From IMG/VR virus record IMGVR_UViG_3300037116_000299, positions 124,001-188,000 of that record: 64,000 nucleotides of DNA. One strand, 5' to 3'. Every line of letters starts with the position of its first letter. Position 1 is the first letter of the stretch. The notes under the pieces are model-generated. The model ran no database searches and was not told where the DNA came from. It was given only the letters and a program-made list of their open reading frames with translations. The translations under genes were made by a program, and so were the position numbers. This document shows positions 27,276 through 37,110 of the stretch, one piece after another.

Positions 27276-28478
27276 ATGGCTTTTGACGTCAATAACCAGT
27301 ACACCGGCAAGATGTTCGGCAACGACCGGTGGCCCGGTCACACCACCCCCGATCTCGAGGCTTCCGAGCCCATTCGGCCGTGGCTGCCCGTTCCCTACCC
27401 GGCGCCCTACCTCCCGGCTCTGCGCCAGGATGCGGGTCATCCCAAGTTGGCTTCCGTTGTCCTCAGCTCGCAGCATCTCGTGGGCCAGGACAAGAGCGGC
27501 GCATTGGTTCCCGCGGGCCTGTTCTGCGGCGTCACCCCCGGCGCGTCGAACAAGTATTGCATCCTGCAGTACAGCTCCGGCCTGGCCGATGAGTTCACCG
27601 TTGACCCGCGCACCGGCGGACCGGTAACTCCTGGCGACCACGTGTTGCTCGCAGCGCCGTCCGATGCAGCTCCAGGGAACATCACGCTGCCCAACGGCAC
27701 CGTGGTTGTGATCTCGCAGCCCGACATCGACTTCGCCCATGCCTGTAACCTCTTCCCGGCTGTGCAGTCCGGCACGACCCCCACGGGCGTGGCTGGCGCG
27801 CCGGTTGCCTACTCCTTCGGAGTAGCCCGTCCCATCGGCGTCGCAGTGCGCAACGTGCTCCAGTACATCGGCGGCGTGAAGGTGCTCGACACGACTCTGG
27901 TCGGCGGCATCCTGTATCGCCTCGAAGGCATGGTTCCCACCGGCTTCCAGGTCAACAACTACATGCACGAGATGGGCACGGCCATCCAGACCCAGTACGT
28001 GCTGCGCGTGCCATGGATCGGCGCAACCCCCGGCACTCTGCAGGGCTTTGCGACGACCGACAACATCCGCGGCTATGTCCAGGGTTACGGACGCAGCTTC
28101 GCCCACTACACCGGCGCACCCCAGGTCGGCAACGGCGTCACCTTCTCCCAGCAGACCGGCGATTGCGGCAACTACTCCGACTTCGACGCGACCAAGAACA
28201 CCCCGGTCGATCTCATCGGACGCATCATCGGCGTGCTGAACATGATCCAGAAGGTCGGGTACTCGAACCGCATCAAGACCCTGTGGGATCCGTCCCGCAT
28301 GGTTGGTCCGACCAACAACCCGAACCCCGCGTCGATCATGATGGGCGGTTCCGCCACCGGCGGTATCCCGTACGACCTGTCTCTGACCACGGACGGCATC
28401 TACAAGGCCTCCCTGATCCAGAAGACGGCCGCTCGCCCGGAGTACGGCACCTACGTCCTCGTTCGCGTCAACCTGTAA
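27276..28478 (+). CDS. Head decoration/minor capsid-like protein (400 aa)
   Basis: Position between protease and MCP; strong AAGGAG RBS; Gly/Pro-rich beta composition. Confidence 0.55.
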   Translation: MAFDVNNQYTGKMFGNDRWPGHTTPDLEASEPIRPWLPVPYPAPYLPALRQDAGHPKLASVVLSSQHLVGQDKSGALVPAGLFCGVTPGASNKYCILQYSSGLADEFTVDPRTGGPVTPGDHVLLAAPSDAAPGNITLPNGTVVVISQPDIDFAHACNLFPAVQSGTTPTGVAGAPVAYSFGVARPIGVAVRNVLQYIGGVKVLDTTLVGGILYRLEGMVPTGFQVNNYMHEMGTAIQTQYVLRVPWIGATPGTLQGFATTDNIRGYVQGYGRSFAHYTGAPQVGNGVTFSQQTGDCGNYSDFDATKNTPVDLIGRIIGVLNMIQKVGYSNRIKTLWDPSRMVGPTNNPNPASIMMGGSATGGIPYDLSLTTDGIYKASLIQKTAARPEYGTYVLVRVNL

Positions 28479-28517
28479 GCCGACCGAACCAACAGTTTGT
28501 TCGTGTGGAGATTGCCC

Positions 28518-28718
28518 GTGCCGCAGATCGTGATTACCCAGGGTCAGGCGTACCTGAAGGGAAACGGTCTGCGGTGCATGGCTCCCCGCTATGACGACGC
28601 CACCTGCAAGTGCAACACGCTGGTGGTGAAGAAGAACTCGGCCGGTGAACTATCCGGGGCCTTCCAATGCCCCGAACGCCGCTGCCGCCAACACATCGAG
28701 GTTGAGGTTCGGCCCTAA
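28518..28718 (+). CDS. Com-like Zn-ribbon protein (66 aa)
   Basis: CKCNTLVVK...FQCPERRCRQHIEV; GTG start behind GGAG. Confidence 0.55.
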   Translation: MPQIVITQGQAYLKGNGLRCMAPRYDDATCKCNTLVVKKNSAGELSGAFQCPERRCRQHIEVEVRP

Positions 28719-28803
28719 ACCGAACCCCTTCGTGAATCCAGCTCCACAAGAACACCCGCACGGTCCCGCGCGGACCAGCTCGCCCCAGGAGGGTATTTTC
28801 ACC

Positions 28804-30132
28804 ATGGCAAAGAATAAGCAGACACCGGAAGAGTTCCAGGCCGAGCTGAAGCTTCAGGACCGGTTCGCGACCATTTTCCGCAGCAATGGGTACGATCCCG
28901 AGACCGGCGACCCGATGGATATCAAGGACGCTCTGGATGTTCAGAACGCGGCCTTCATGATCCCCCGCGCGCTGACTCAGATCGTGCAGGAAGGCATCGA
29001 GCCGATGCTCATCGGCACGAACCTGCTCCAGAAGGTCCAGTACAAGCCTGGAATGACGACCGTATTCCCCGCCATCGAGCCGCTTCGCGCGGACGAAGCC
29101 GGCGACGGAATGGATCTGCCGATCTACAACATCAACATCGGTGGAGCACAGTCGTTCGGTGTGACGGTCAAGCGGCACGGTCTGCGTCTCAAGATCGCCA
29201 AGCGCTTCGTCGACGAGTCCAGCTACCCCTGGATCAACTTCTGGCTGCGCCTGGCCGGCAACGCTCTCGCCCGCCACAAGGAAGAGTACATCTTCGACTT
29301 CATCACGCGCCTCGGCACGGTTGTCTTCGACAACGACGTCAACGCACGTATGACGTCCAACACCGTCGGCCAGCCCATCAAGGGCGTCACCACGGGTCGC
29401 GACTACAAGGGCAAGCTGAACGGCTCCATGACGGTCGACGACATCTTCGATATGTACGCGGCTGTTCTCTTGAACGGTTTCGTGCCCGACACGATGCTGG
29501 TCCATCCAATGGCGTGGCTCATGTGGGTAAAGGATCCCGTGATCCGCGAGTTCGCGATCCAGGCGGGCGGCGGAAGCTTCTTCGCTCAGTGGACCGGAAA
29601 CCCGGCTGTCCAGGGCAACAAGTTCTACAACAACGGCGGCCTCGGCCTCGGTACCGGCCAGACCGGCCAGTACACCAACGGTCAGCTGACCGGTGGGGAA
29701 GTCTCCAACGCCACGTCCGGCAACTACCAGAACATGAGTTCGGCACCGCAGCTCCCCGGTTACCTCGGCCTGCCCTTCCGCATCCTGGTCTCGCCGTTCG
29801 TCAAGTTCGACCCCGAGGATCGCACGACCGACATCCTGATGTTCAACAGCCGCAACCTCGGCGCCTTGATCGTGGCTGAAGAGCCCCATGTCAAGAGCTG
29901 GGAAGATGGCCAGTTCAACATCCAGAACATGTCGATCGAAGAGACCTACGGCTTCGGCATCCTCAACGAAGGCCAGGCGATCGCGGTTGCCCGCAACATC
30001 AAGGTCCGCCCGAACGAGTTCACCATGCCGGCGCGCACCGTGTTCAACCTGTCGGAGGCGAACAACACCTTCACCGATCTGGCAACGGCAGCGATCTTCG
30101 ATGCGGCGAACCCGCTCAACGTCAACGCCTAA
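28804..30132 (+). CDS. Major capsid protein, HK97-fold (442 aa)
   Basis: Position; IPRALTQIVQEGIEP, VKRHGLRLKIAKRFVDES (backbone strand), LARHKEEYIF (spine helix), PDTMLVHPMAW, RILVSPFV, EETYGFGILN. Confidence 0.88.
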   Translation: MAKNKQTPEEFQAELKLQDRFATIFRSNGYDPETGDPMDIKDALDVQNAAFMIPRALTQIVQEGIEPMLIGTNLLQKVQYKPGMTTVFPAIEPLRADEAGDGMDLPIYNINIGGAQSFGVTVKRHGLRLKIAKRFVDESSYPWINFWLRLAGNALARHKEEYIFDFITRLGTVVFDNDVNARMTSNTVGQPIKGVTTGRDYKGKLNGSMTVDDIFDMYAAVLLNGFVPDTMLVHPMAWLMWVKDPVIREFAIQAGGGSFFAQWTGNPAVQGNKFYNNGGLGLGTGQTGQYTNGQLTGGEVSNATSGNYQNMSSAPQLPGYLGLPFRILVSPFVKFDPEDRTTDILMFNSRNLGALIVAEEPHVKSWEDGQFNIQNMSIEETYGFGILNEGQAIAVARNIKVRPNEFTMPARTVFNLSEANNTFTDLATAAIFDAANPLNVNA

Positions 30133-30153
30133 CCTCAACGCAACATCTTCCCG

Positions 30154-30185
30154 GAGGCGGACGGTCAACACTGATCGTCCGCCTC
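30154..30185 (+). other. 14-bp RNA stem-loop after the MCP gene, no U-tract
   Basis: GAGGCGGACGGTCA-ACAC-TGATCGTCCGCCTC. Confidence 0.7.
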
Positions 30186-30217
30186 GTGTGGTTTCGAGGC
30201 CCTCCATGTTATCCAGC

Positions 30218-30247
30218 CTTTGGTAGTCCGCTCCGCCCTTCCACAAT
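30218..30247 (+). promoter_or_regulatory. Class A putative phage promoter (CTTTGGTAG ... CACAAT)
   Basis: Hexamer at +24; GGAGG RBS at +37; ATG 30268. Confidence 0.7.
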
Positions 30248-30267
30248 CAGGGGTGGAGGCATACTTC

Positions 30268-30921
30268 ATGTCCAATTTGATCGTGATGCCTGGTTCGAAA
30301 GAGTTCAACGAGACTCTCGCCACCAAGACATCTCCCGCCAAACGCCGCACCGCCCCGAAGATGCCCGAGGACCTGACTGGCAAGACGCTGATGTTGAACA
30401 CAGCGGTGATCCAGCAGTTCCAATGCGGTGGCTTCCACCTGGGCTCCCGCCATCCCTTTGCCATCGTGGGCCCGCAGGCCCAGCAGGCGCCGCTGCACAT
30501 CGCCCTGGCTGCCGGCAACCTCATCGACATGACCGGCAAGGACATGACCAAGGGCTACAAGGGCAAGGGCGGCGAGACTTCCGCGATCGCCGAGGAAGAT
30601 ACCGGCAAGCAGGTCTTCATCGCCACCGACGGCCGCGGCAACCTTTACATCGCCGCGCCCAAGTCGAAGGCGGAAGGCAAGCGCTTTGAGAAGGAGATCC
30701 GCAGGACCGGGACCCTCAAGAGCGTGAACTTCGACGAGCATGTCACTGGCTTCGCTGGTGGCATCACCGAGGAAGTCGTCGAGAGCAGCCTGCCCGCCAA
30801 GAAGCCCACCAGGAAGCCCACCAAGAAACCGGCGCAGAAGAAGCCAGCCACCAAGCCGAGCAAGACGAAGGCAAAGAAGAATGTCAGCTCCAGTAGTCGT
30901 AAGCGTAGACCCGGGAAATAG
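30268..30921 (+). CDS. Hypothetical protein with Lys-rich C-terminal tail (217 aa)
   Basis: Start placed at MSNLIV behind GGAGG; KKPTRKPTKKPAQKKPATK tail. Confidence 0.7.
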   Translation: MSNLIVMPGSKEFNETLATKTSPAKRRTAPKMPEDLTGKTLMLNTAVIQQFQCGGFHLGSRHPFAIVGPQAQQAPLHIALAAGNLIDMTGKDMTKGYKGKGGETSAIAEEDTGKQVFIATDGRGNLYIAAPKSKAEGKRFEKEIRRTGTLKSVNFDEHVTGFAGGITEEVVESSLPAKKPTRKPTKKPAQKKPATKPSKTKAKKNVSSSSRKRRPGK

Positions 30922-31582
30922 CGAGACCGACGTCGTTCTGGGTCAGGCCCTCATCGTCACCTTTGACCAGGTGATCGATCCGACCACTCTGAACGACAGC
31001 ACCTTTTCGCTGACCTACCCCGCATCGATCCAGGTGGTCAATGCGTCGCAGCTCATCTCAGGCAAGCCGGAGTCCTCGACGGTTGCCGTCGACGGCACCT
31101 GGTCCCTCGCCACGGTGGCGGGCGCTACCGTCGCCACCTTCCAGCCCACCCGCGGGTTCCAGCAGAACACCCCGTATACCGCGATGCTGTTGGGCGCCGA
31201 CGCTTCCCTCTCCACTGAGGATCTCAAGAACCTCGCGGGCGAGTCGATGGCGGTCAGCTACCAGTGGACCTTCACGACGGGCGTGCTCGATCTGCTGATC
31301 CCACCGTCCACTTCTCCCCTGGTCGACGACAACCGCGCGATCCAGTTGGACCAGATCCGCATCGTTCCCCGCATTCGCCTGAACCAGGATCTCACCCAGG
31401 AGTTCGATGTCATCTTCCCAGGTGATATCGATCCGACATCCTTCGACGTCAGCGATATCTATCTGAGCGTCGAGGCCATCCTGGGCAATCCCCTCATCCC
31501 CGGGCCGCCGCCGAATCTCGAGTACAGCGCGACGGTCGACGGCAACAAGCTGCGCATCCGGGTCACCGGCTGGCCAGCCTAA
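30881..31582 (+). CDS. Ig-like (SbsA/Big_5-type) virion protein (233 aa)
   Basis: PVVVSVDPGNSETDV.....IVTFDQVIDPTTL...ATFQP......TPYTA...YQWTFTTG. Confidence 0.8.
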   Translation: MSAPVVVSVDPGNSETDVVLGQALIVTFDQVIDPTTLNDSTFSLTYPASIQVVNASQLISGKPESSTVAVDGTWSLATVAGATVATFQPTRGFQQNTPYTAMLLGADASLSTEDLKNLAGESMAVSYQWTFTTGVLDLLIPPSTSPLVDDNRAIQLDQIRIVPRIRLNQDLTQEFDVIFPGDIDPTSFDVSDIYLSVEAILGNPLIPGPPPNLEYSATVDGNKLRIRVTGWPA

Positions 31583-31590
31583 GGAGCTTC

Positions 31591-32034
31591 ATGCAACTGA
31601 CAGAACACTTCGCCGATCGTGAACTTGGAGTTGCCGGCGAGATCGATCCTCGGATCTATGCCAATGCGGTCTTCCTGTGCAAGGAAGTCCTCGAACCCAT
31701 CCACGCCAAGTTCGGCGCCGTCCGGATCCATGACGGTTACCGCGATCCAGGCCACAACGCCCGGGTAGGCGGCAAGACAGCATCCTTCCATCTCTTCGTC
31801 GGCGGCGACGCCGCAGCCGACGTGGATGCGCAGGGCACCACGATCCAGATCCTCTTCGATTGGCTGCGCCTGGAGTCAGACCTGCCCTTCGACAAGGTCA
31901 TCCTCGAGAAGAACGCAGCCGAAGTCCCCGCCTGCGTTCACATCCAGATCGACCGCCTCAACAAACCCCGCCGCCAGGCCTTCATCGGCCACACCGGCAA
32001 CTCTCTCCGCTATGACCAGGTAGAGGTTCGCTAA
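31591..32034 (+). CDS. Endolysin, peptidase M15 family (147 aa)
   Basis: LTEHF..REL, IHDGYRDPGHNARVGG..ASFHL....AADV, CVHIQ zinc-ligand pattern. Confidence 0.88.
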   Translation: MQLTEHFADRELGVAGEIDPRIYANAVFLCKEVLEPIHAKFGAVRIHDGYRDPGHNARVGGKTASFHLFVGGDAAADVDAQGTTIQILFDWLRLESDLPFDKVILEKNAAEVPACVHIQIDRLNKPRRQAFIGHTGNSLRYDQVEVR

Positions 32035-32043
32035 GGAGCTGCC

Positions 32044-32289
32044 ATGTCCTTTCTTCCCAGCATCAAGATCACGTTTCCCGACCTGACCAGTAAGACCGCG
32101 ACCATCGTGATCCTGCTCGGCCTCGACCTGTTGTTCTTTCACTCGGCCATCTCCGGAGCACACGACACCATCACCACCAACCGGCTCTGGGAGTTGTTCG
32201 TCGGATCCAACGCAGGTCTGTTGCTGGCGCTCAATGCAGGCAGCAGCCACATGCCTCCTCCGCCCGCGGTCCCCACAGGAATTCTGTAA
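32044..32289 (+). CDS. Putative holin (81 aa)
   Basis: Two hydrophobic helices; directly after the endolysin. Confidence 0.55.
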   Translation: MSFLPSIKITFPDLTSKTATIVILLGLDLLFFHSAISGAHDTITTNRLWELFVGSNAGLLLALNAGSSHMPPPPAVPTGIL

Positions 32290-33065
32290 TGTCGGTTCTT
32301 CAAACAGCTTGCTTCCTCCGCAACCGGCGCCGCCGGGCGCGCGTCGCTTCAGTATTCACCTTCAGAAACGCTGTCCTCACTGCGGCCGCTTTCGCGCTGG
32401 TGTGTCTTGGACTTGCATTCCTATCGGTGCGCAAGGCCGCGACTGGGATGGTCGTAACGGAGCAAGCGCTGAACACGTTTGCCGCGACGGCGACGCGGGA
32501 AGTCACCAACAACGGCGATGAAGCCCACCGGGTTCTGCTCGAGGCTGGTCTGACAGCAACTGAGGCGCGCAAGGCCGCGGTGACCCAGCGCAAGTATTGG
32601 GAAACCGAAGTCCCCGTCCTCACCGCCAAGTCGGAGTTGACCCTCGATCGGACCAATGAACTTCTGGCGTCGCTCAAGAAGACGTCGGACGGCTTCAACG
32701 GTGATGGCACGGACATCACCAAGGAAGTGCTCAACGTCCTCGGCGATCTGCGGCCCGCGCTGCAGAAGAGCACCGAGACTCTCCAGGCGACCGCCGATAC
32801 GGCCCGCGCCGCCACCAAGGTGATCGGGGATCCTGCGATTCCCTCAGCTTTGAAGCACGTCGACACTGCGACGGGCCACATTGCTGAAGCGTCCGATCAC
32901 TTTGCCAAGGCTACTGACCACGTTGAGAAAACTATGGTCGATATCCAGGGCGGCGTGCACACCATCGTCCACCCCACCAAGGTCCAGCAGGTTAAGAACT
33001 GGATCACATTCAGCCTCGACGTGGCTCAGAAGTTCACCGAGACCCACTTCTACTGGCCCTTCTAG
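32289..33065 (+). CDS. Membrane-anchored coiled-coil protein, possible i-spanin (258 aa)
   Basis: Basic N-terminus, TM helix AVLTAAAFALVCLGLAFLSV, helical Ala/Thr-rich body; lysis-cassette position. Confidence 0.45.
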   Translation: MSVLQTACFLRNRRRRARVASVFTFRNAVLTAAAFALVCLGLAFLSVRKAATGMVVTEQALNTFAATATREVTNNGDEAHRVLLEAGLTATEARKAAVTQRKYWETEVPVLTAKSELTLDRTNELLASLKKTSDGFNGDGTDITKEVLNVLGDLRPALQKSTETLQATADTARAATKVIGDPAIPSALKHVDTATGHIAEASDHFAKATDHVEKTMVDIQGGVHTIVHPTKVQQVKNWITFSLDVAQKFTETHFYWPF

Positions 33066-33095
33066 CTTTGGTACTTCGTTTCTCCCATCCACACT
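33066..33095 (+). promoter_or_regulatory. Class A putative phage promoter (CTTTGGTAC ... CACACT)
   Basis: Hexamer at +24; AAGGAG RBS begins at +36. Confidence 0.65.
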
Positions 33096-33114
33096 CACAT
33101 CAAGGAGCACACTC

Positions 33115-33477
33115 ATGACTTTCTCTCTGAAACCGTTCAAGTCCATTGGCCATTTCTTCGCAACCGCGATCAAGGCCCTCGCCCAAAAGGGTCCTGCCGA
33201 AATCGACAAGCTCGAAGCGACCAAGACCGTTGTCGAAAAGGTCACAACCGCCGCCTCCGCAGTCCTCGGGATCGGCACTGTTGCTACGAGCATCGAAGAT
33301 CTGGGCTATGCCCTGCTCGGCGAGTTCGCCAAGGTCCTCACCCTGGGTGATGCGGCTGCTCAGGCCAAGTTGGCTGATGCAGGCGTCGACATCGCTGTGA
33401 TCAACGAAGTGAAGACCTTCGTGAACCAGTCCCAGGCGCTCAGCTCCGCGCTGCCGGCCCTCATCGCAGGCAAGTAA
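33115..33477 (+). CDS. Amphipathic helical hypothetical protein (120 aa)
   Basis: Start placed at MTFSLK behind AAGGAG; has its own promoter and terminator. Confidence 0.75.
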   Translation: MTFSLKPFKSIGHFFATAIKALAQKGPAEIDKLEATKTVVEKVTTAASAVLGIGTVATSIEDLGYALLGEFAKVLTLGDAAAQAKLADAGVDIAVINEVKTFVNQSQALSSALPALIAGK

Positions 33478-33494
33478 GCACACGTTCCAACCGG

Positions 33495-33523
33495 AGGGGC
33501 GGCCGCACTGGCCGCCCTTTCTT
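33495..33523 (+). terminator. Intrinsic terminator
   Basis: AGGGGCGGCC-GCACT-GGCCGCCCTT then TCTT. Confidence 0.65.
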
Positions 33524-33543
33524 CCGTGACACTCGGAGACCTC

Positions 33544-34188
33544 ATGCTTTATCCCGGCGACATCCGCACCTTCCTGCTTTCCCTTTCGCATACCGACGGA
33601 TCCGCCCCTACCGTCACCACTGCCCCGCTGATCACGGTGATTCGTCTCATCGACGGCGTGTCGGTGACGACTGCTCAGGCAATGGTGCTGGTGACCGGAA
33701 CCTCGCTCGTCTATGCCTATCCCTGGAACACCGCCGGGTTGGCAAATGGTGATTACCTGGCCGTGGTCTCCTACGCCGCTGACGGCGCGACCATCAATGG
33801 CAGGTTCCTCGAGAACGTGCGCCTAGGCGATACCCGCGTCACCGGACTGGTTGCGCTGGACTCAACCGTCGCTCACGACGCCACGGTGGCTAAGGACGCA
33901 ACCGTTGCGCACCTGGCGGACCTGGCGACGATCAATCCCAGCACTTCGGCAGCGGTCCTCGCCATCAAGGCCAAGACCGACACATTGCCCACCAACCCCG
34001 CCAGTCAGGACTCTCTCCTGGCTCTGACGCAGCTGATCACCGACGTTCACGACGTCTCGCTGGGCACATGGGTGGTGGATAAAACGCAGAACCCGAAGGT
34101 CCTGACCTTCCGCCGCCTGGATGGTTCCGTCCTGGCCAACTTCCAGATTACTGAAGACACCAACTCAGCCACCCGCACTGTCCGCTAA
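33544..34188 (+). CDS. Putative virion structural protein (214 aa)
   Basis: Start at MLYPGD behind GGAG; beta-rich; precedes the fibre genes. Confidence 0.6.
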   Translation: MLYPGDIRTFLLSLSHTDGSAPTVTTAPLITVIRLIDGVSVTTAQAMVLVTGTSLVYAYPWNTAGLANGDYLAVVSYAADGATINGRFLENVRLGDTRVTGLVALDSTVAHDATVAKDATVAHLADLATINPSTSAAVLAIKAKTDTLPTNPASQDSLLALTQLITDVHDVSLGTWVVDKTQNPKVLTFRRLDGSVLANFQITEDTNSATRTVR

Positions 34189-34790
34189 TGAGTCAGAGCA
34201 CAGACCTTACGCGTTACTACACCCGCCCTCAGGTCGACGCAAAGCTTGCTGGCCTAATCGGTGGAACCGGCCCTACCGGACCTACCGGTACGGCCGGCGT
34301 TACTGGTGCTGCCAGCACAGTTCCTGGACCAACTGGTCCCACCGGATCTGCCAGCACAGTTCCTGGACCCACCGGAGCAACTGGGGCCAACAGCACGGTA
34401 GCAGGTCCTACTGGGCCGACGGGTTTGACCGGATCTACTGGAGCAGCCGGCGCCGCGGCGCCGCTCTCCATCGGATTCATCATCAATATCGGCACTGCTG
34501 GAACGAATGTGGGGCCAATGCTGCCCGCCACTCGCGTGGCAGGTTTTACTAAATGTGTCGTCACTGTGAAGTTCTCGGATACGGTTACTGCTCTTTCCTT
34601 CCGAATCAAGCAGAACGGAACGAGTGTCTTCACAACTAACCCGACCATAGCAGCTGGCACCTCTTCAGGCACTGTGTCCACATTTACAGCGCTCACCTCG
34701 AGTCCACTGACCGTTGCTGCGAACGATCTGTTCACCATCGACATCCTGACTGGCACCGCCAACTGGCAATTCACCGCAGTGATGGAGTAA
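34188..34790 (+). CDS. Collagen-like (G-X-Y) fibre protein (200 aa)
   Basis: GPT/GxT triplet run with interruptions; exact 22-nt duplication CTGCCAGCACAGTTCCTGGACC at 34309 and 34348. Confidence 0.85.
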   Translation: MSQSTDLTRYYTRPQVDAKLAGLIGGTGPTGPTGTAGVTGAASTVPGPTGPTGSASTVPGPTGATGANSTVAGPTGPTGLTGSTGAAGAAAPLSIGFIINIGTAGTNVGPMLPATRVAGFTKCVVTVKFSDTVTALSFRIKQNGTSVFTTNPTIAAGTSSGTVSTFTALTSSPLTVAANDLFTIDILTGTANWQFTAVME

Positions 34791-34797
34791 TCCGCAA

Positions 34798-35961
34798 ATG
34801 GCAGCATCCCTCAGCTATCTCCTCAATGACAGCTCTACCTTCGCTAACTACTTCGCGTGGGCGAGTTCTTTCGCCACAGCATTTATCGCGGCAGGTTCTT
34901 GGGTGCAATCACCCGATACTGGCCAGGTGATGTGGTCCGGGTTGAGCATCACAGCCGTGAGCATGTCCGGCACAACGATGACCTGCACCTATTCTTCTCA
35001 GACAGGTCTCGCCCTGGCTGTTGGCCGTGCTTTGACCGTCACCGGATGGACGTCCGGCAACGTCGGCAACAACGGCACCTTCGTCATCACCGGCGGAACT
35101 CTTACCGCGGGCAGCGGAACCTTCACTGCGACCAATGCTGCAGGAGTCACCGTGGCTTCGGGAGGTACTGGGGTAGTCACCGCCCAGGCGACCGCTCCTG
35201 GCACGAACGTGTACTTCTATGAAATCTGGCAGCCAAACGATGGTCTGACGAACTTCTACCTGAAGATGGAGTACGGGAGCTATTCCTCCGGTACCAATGC
35301 ACCTACCATAGCGGCCACCATCGGGGGAGCCACAAATGGAGCTGGAATCATTGTTGGTCTTGCCACAGGTCGATTCGTTGGTTCAGTGGTCACGAACACC
35401 GCTGCTTCTTCCACCATCCCCTATGAGTGCCGATTCTCAGGCGGAGCTGGGTACTTCGGAGCCATGCTATGGAGAGGCATCAACAATGGTCAGTTGGTGT
35501 ATGTGGAGCGTTCGGTCAACTCTTCGGGTGCCTACACTAGCTCCCATGTGACTCTGGTAGTCATTGGTGCAGCCGCAGGGACTCAAGCATGTTCGGCCAA
35601 TCAGCAGACGTACACGCTTGGCGGTCTTGGCCCTGCTCCACAGGTGTGTTCATCTTCGAACACGAACAACATCAACTATATTGGCCTGTCCATCCGCAAT
35701 GCTAACCCCCGAACCTCTCTTGTGTTCAACAACAGCGTGCCATTCGATACATTGGCCCCCGTTGTTGGCTACTACGACTATCCGCTACTTGGACTCGGGG
35801 GTACTAACTACCTCAACGTCACTGAAGGCCAAATCCTAGTGACCCCTGTGTATGGAACGAACCACACCTACATCTGCACTCAGGCGTACCCCTTTTCTTT
35901 TGCGTTTGTAGGCGCGGGTTCAAGCAGTGCCGGTCAGTCTCTTGCTATGAGGTACGAATAA
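34798..35961 (+). CDS. Ser/Thr/Gly-rich fibre/receptor-binding-like protein, paralogue 1 (387 aa)
   Basis: End-to-end similarity to 35962-37110; fibre-module position. Confidence 0.6.
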   Translation: MAASLSYLLNDSSTFANYFAWASSFATAFIAAGSWVQSPDTGQVMWSGLSITAVSMSGTTMTCTYSSQTGLALAVGRALTVTGWTSGNVGNNGTFVITGGTLTAGSGTFTATNAAGVTVASGGTGVVTAQATAPGTNVYFYEIWQPNDGLTNFYLKMEYGSYSSGTNAPTIAATIGGATNGAGIIVGLATGRFVGSVVTNTAASSTIPYECRFSGGAGYFGAMLWRGINNGQLVYVERSVNSSGAYTSSHVTLVVIGAAAGTQACSANQQTYTLGGLGPAPQVCSSSNTNNINYIGLSIRNANPRTSLVFNNSVPFDTLAPVVGYYDYPLLGLGGTNYLNVTEGQILVTPVYGTNHTYICTQAYPFSFAFVGAGSSSAGQSLAMRYE

Positions 35962-37110
35962 ATGACCGCTAACCTTGTGTACCTCTTGAACGACGCTTCC
36001 ACGTTCGCCAACTTCTCCCAGTGGGCATCGCAGATTAGCGTCCAGCTTCAGCTCGCCGGATGGATTCAAAGCAACGACACAGGACAAGTCATGTGGACGG
36101 GCTTGACCATCAGTGCTGTGACCTGCACCGGAACCACATCAGTCTATACATACGCCTCGCTCACAGGTCTGCCGCTTGCGAATGGTCGTGCCTTGAACAT
36201 CACAGGCATGGGCAATTCGGTCAACAACGGAACGTTTGTCATCACGTCGTTCACCGGCACGACCTCGGGCACCTTCACCGTGACCAACTCAGCCAGTGGC
36301 ACTACGGCTTCCGGTCAGTCGGGTGTGGTCACAGCGAACACCGTTGTTCCTGCCACCAACGCCACGGTTTATGAAATCTGGCAACCCAATGACTCGTTGA
36401 CCAACTTCTTCCTCAAGATACAGTATGGGAACAGTCAGGCCGCGAATGCCCCGGTTCTAGTTGCTCAACTCAGCACCACCACCAATGGGGCTGGGGTACC
36501 CACAGGCTACGTTACCTCCCAATTTGTAGCGTGTGTGGGCGCACCCACCGCCCAGAGTGCCACGGTGCCCTGGGAGTGCCGCTTCTCTGGAGGACCCAGC
36601 TACTTCGGGGCTCTGATGTGGAGAGGAGTAAACACCGGTCAGTTGGTGTACATCGAACGCAGCGTGAACTCCAGCGGTGTCTACACCAACACGCACGTCA
36701 CCTTGGTGGTCATCGGGGACACTAACGGAGGCGGAGTCGTCACGGTTGCTAACCAGCAGACTCTGTACCTACAGAGCGGACTCGGGGCTTGCCCTGTAGT
36801 GTGCTCATCCACGAACTCAAACGCTTACGGCGGTTTGACTATCTCTGTGCCTAACCCTACCTCCAGAGGCAACCAAGCCTTCAACGGCACCGTGCCTGTG
36901 GACTTCATCTCTCCAGTGGTTGGGCTCCTCGATTACCCCCTTTATGGATTGGCGGGGACGAACTATCTGGCGGTGTCAGAAGGTCAGATTCTAACGGTAT
37001 CGGTGTACGGCTCTAACCACACCTACTTCGCCACTCAGGCTACACCTTTCTCTCAAGCGTTTCAGGGTTCAAGTGCCGCAGGTAACGCCCTCCTCATGAG
37101 GTACGAATAA
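35962..37110 (+). CDS. Ser/Thr/Gly-rich fibre/receptor-binding-like protein, paralogue 2 (382 aa)
   Basis: Shares YLLND.STFAN, DTGQVMW.GL, YEIWQPND.LTNF, ECRFSGG, ERSVNSSG.YT..HVTLVVIG and terminal MRYE with paralogue 1. Confidence 0.6.
   Translation: MTANLVYLLNDASTFANFSQWASQISVQLQLAGWIQSNDTGQVMWTGLTISAVTCTGTTSVYTYASLTGLPLANGRALNITGMGNSVNNGTFVITSFTGTTSGTFTVTNSASGTTASGQSGVVTANTVVPATNATVYEIWQPNDSLTNFFLKIQYGNSQAANAPVLVAQLSTTTNGAGVPTGYVTSQFVACVGAPTAQSATVPWECRFSGGPSYFGALMWRGVNTGQLVYIERSVNSSGVYTNTHVTLVVIGDTNGGGVVTVANQQTLYLQSGLGACPVVCSSTNSNAYGGLTISVPNPTSRGNQAFNGTVPVDFISPVVGLLDYPLYGLAGTNYLAVSEGQILTVSVYGSNHTYFATQATPFSQAFQGSSAAGNALLMRYE

Noticed and set aside
32881-33114. Possible embedded o-spanin lipoprotein (upstream extension of the 33115 frame, ...SRAAC)
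   Set aside because: No hydrophobic signal peptide and no valid lipobox. The real start is at 33115, behind its own promoter and SD.
34260-34460. Short direct repeats that could suggest a CRISPR array or DGR repeat
   Set aside because: Explained by collagen G-X-Y coding; no unique spacers and no reverse transcriptase in the window
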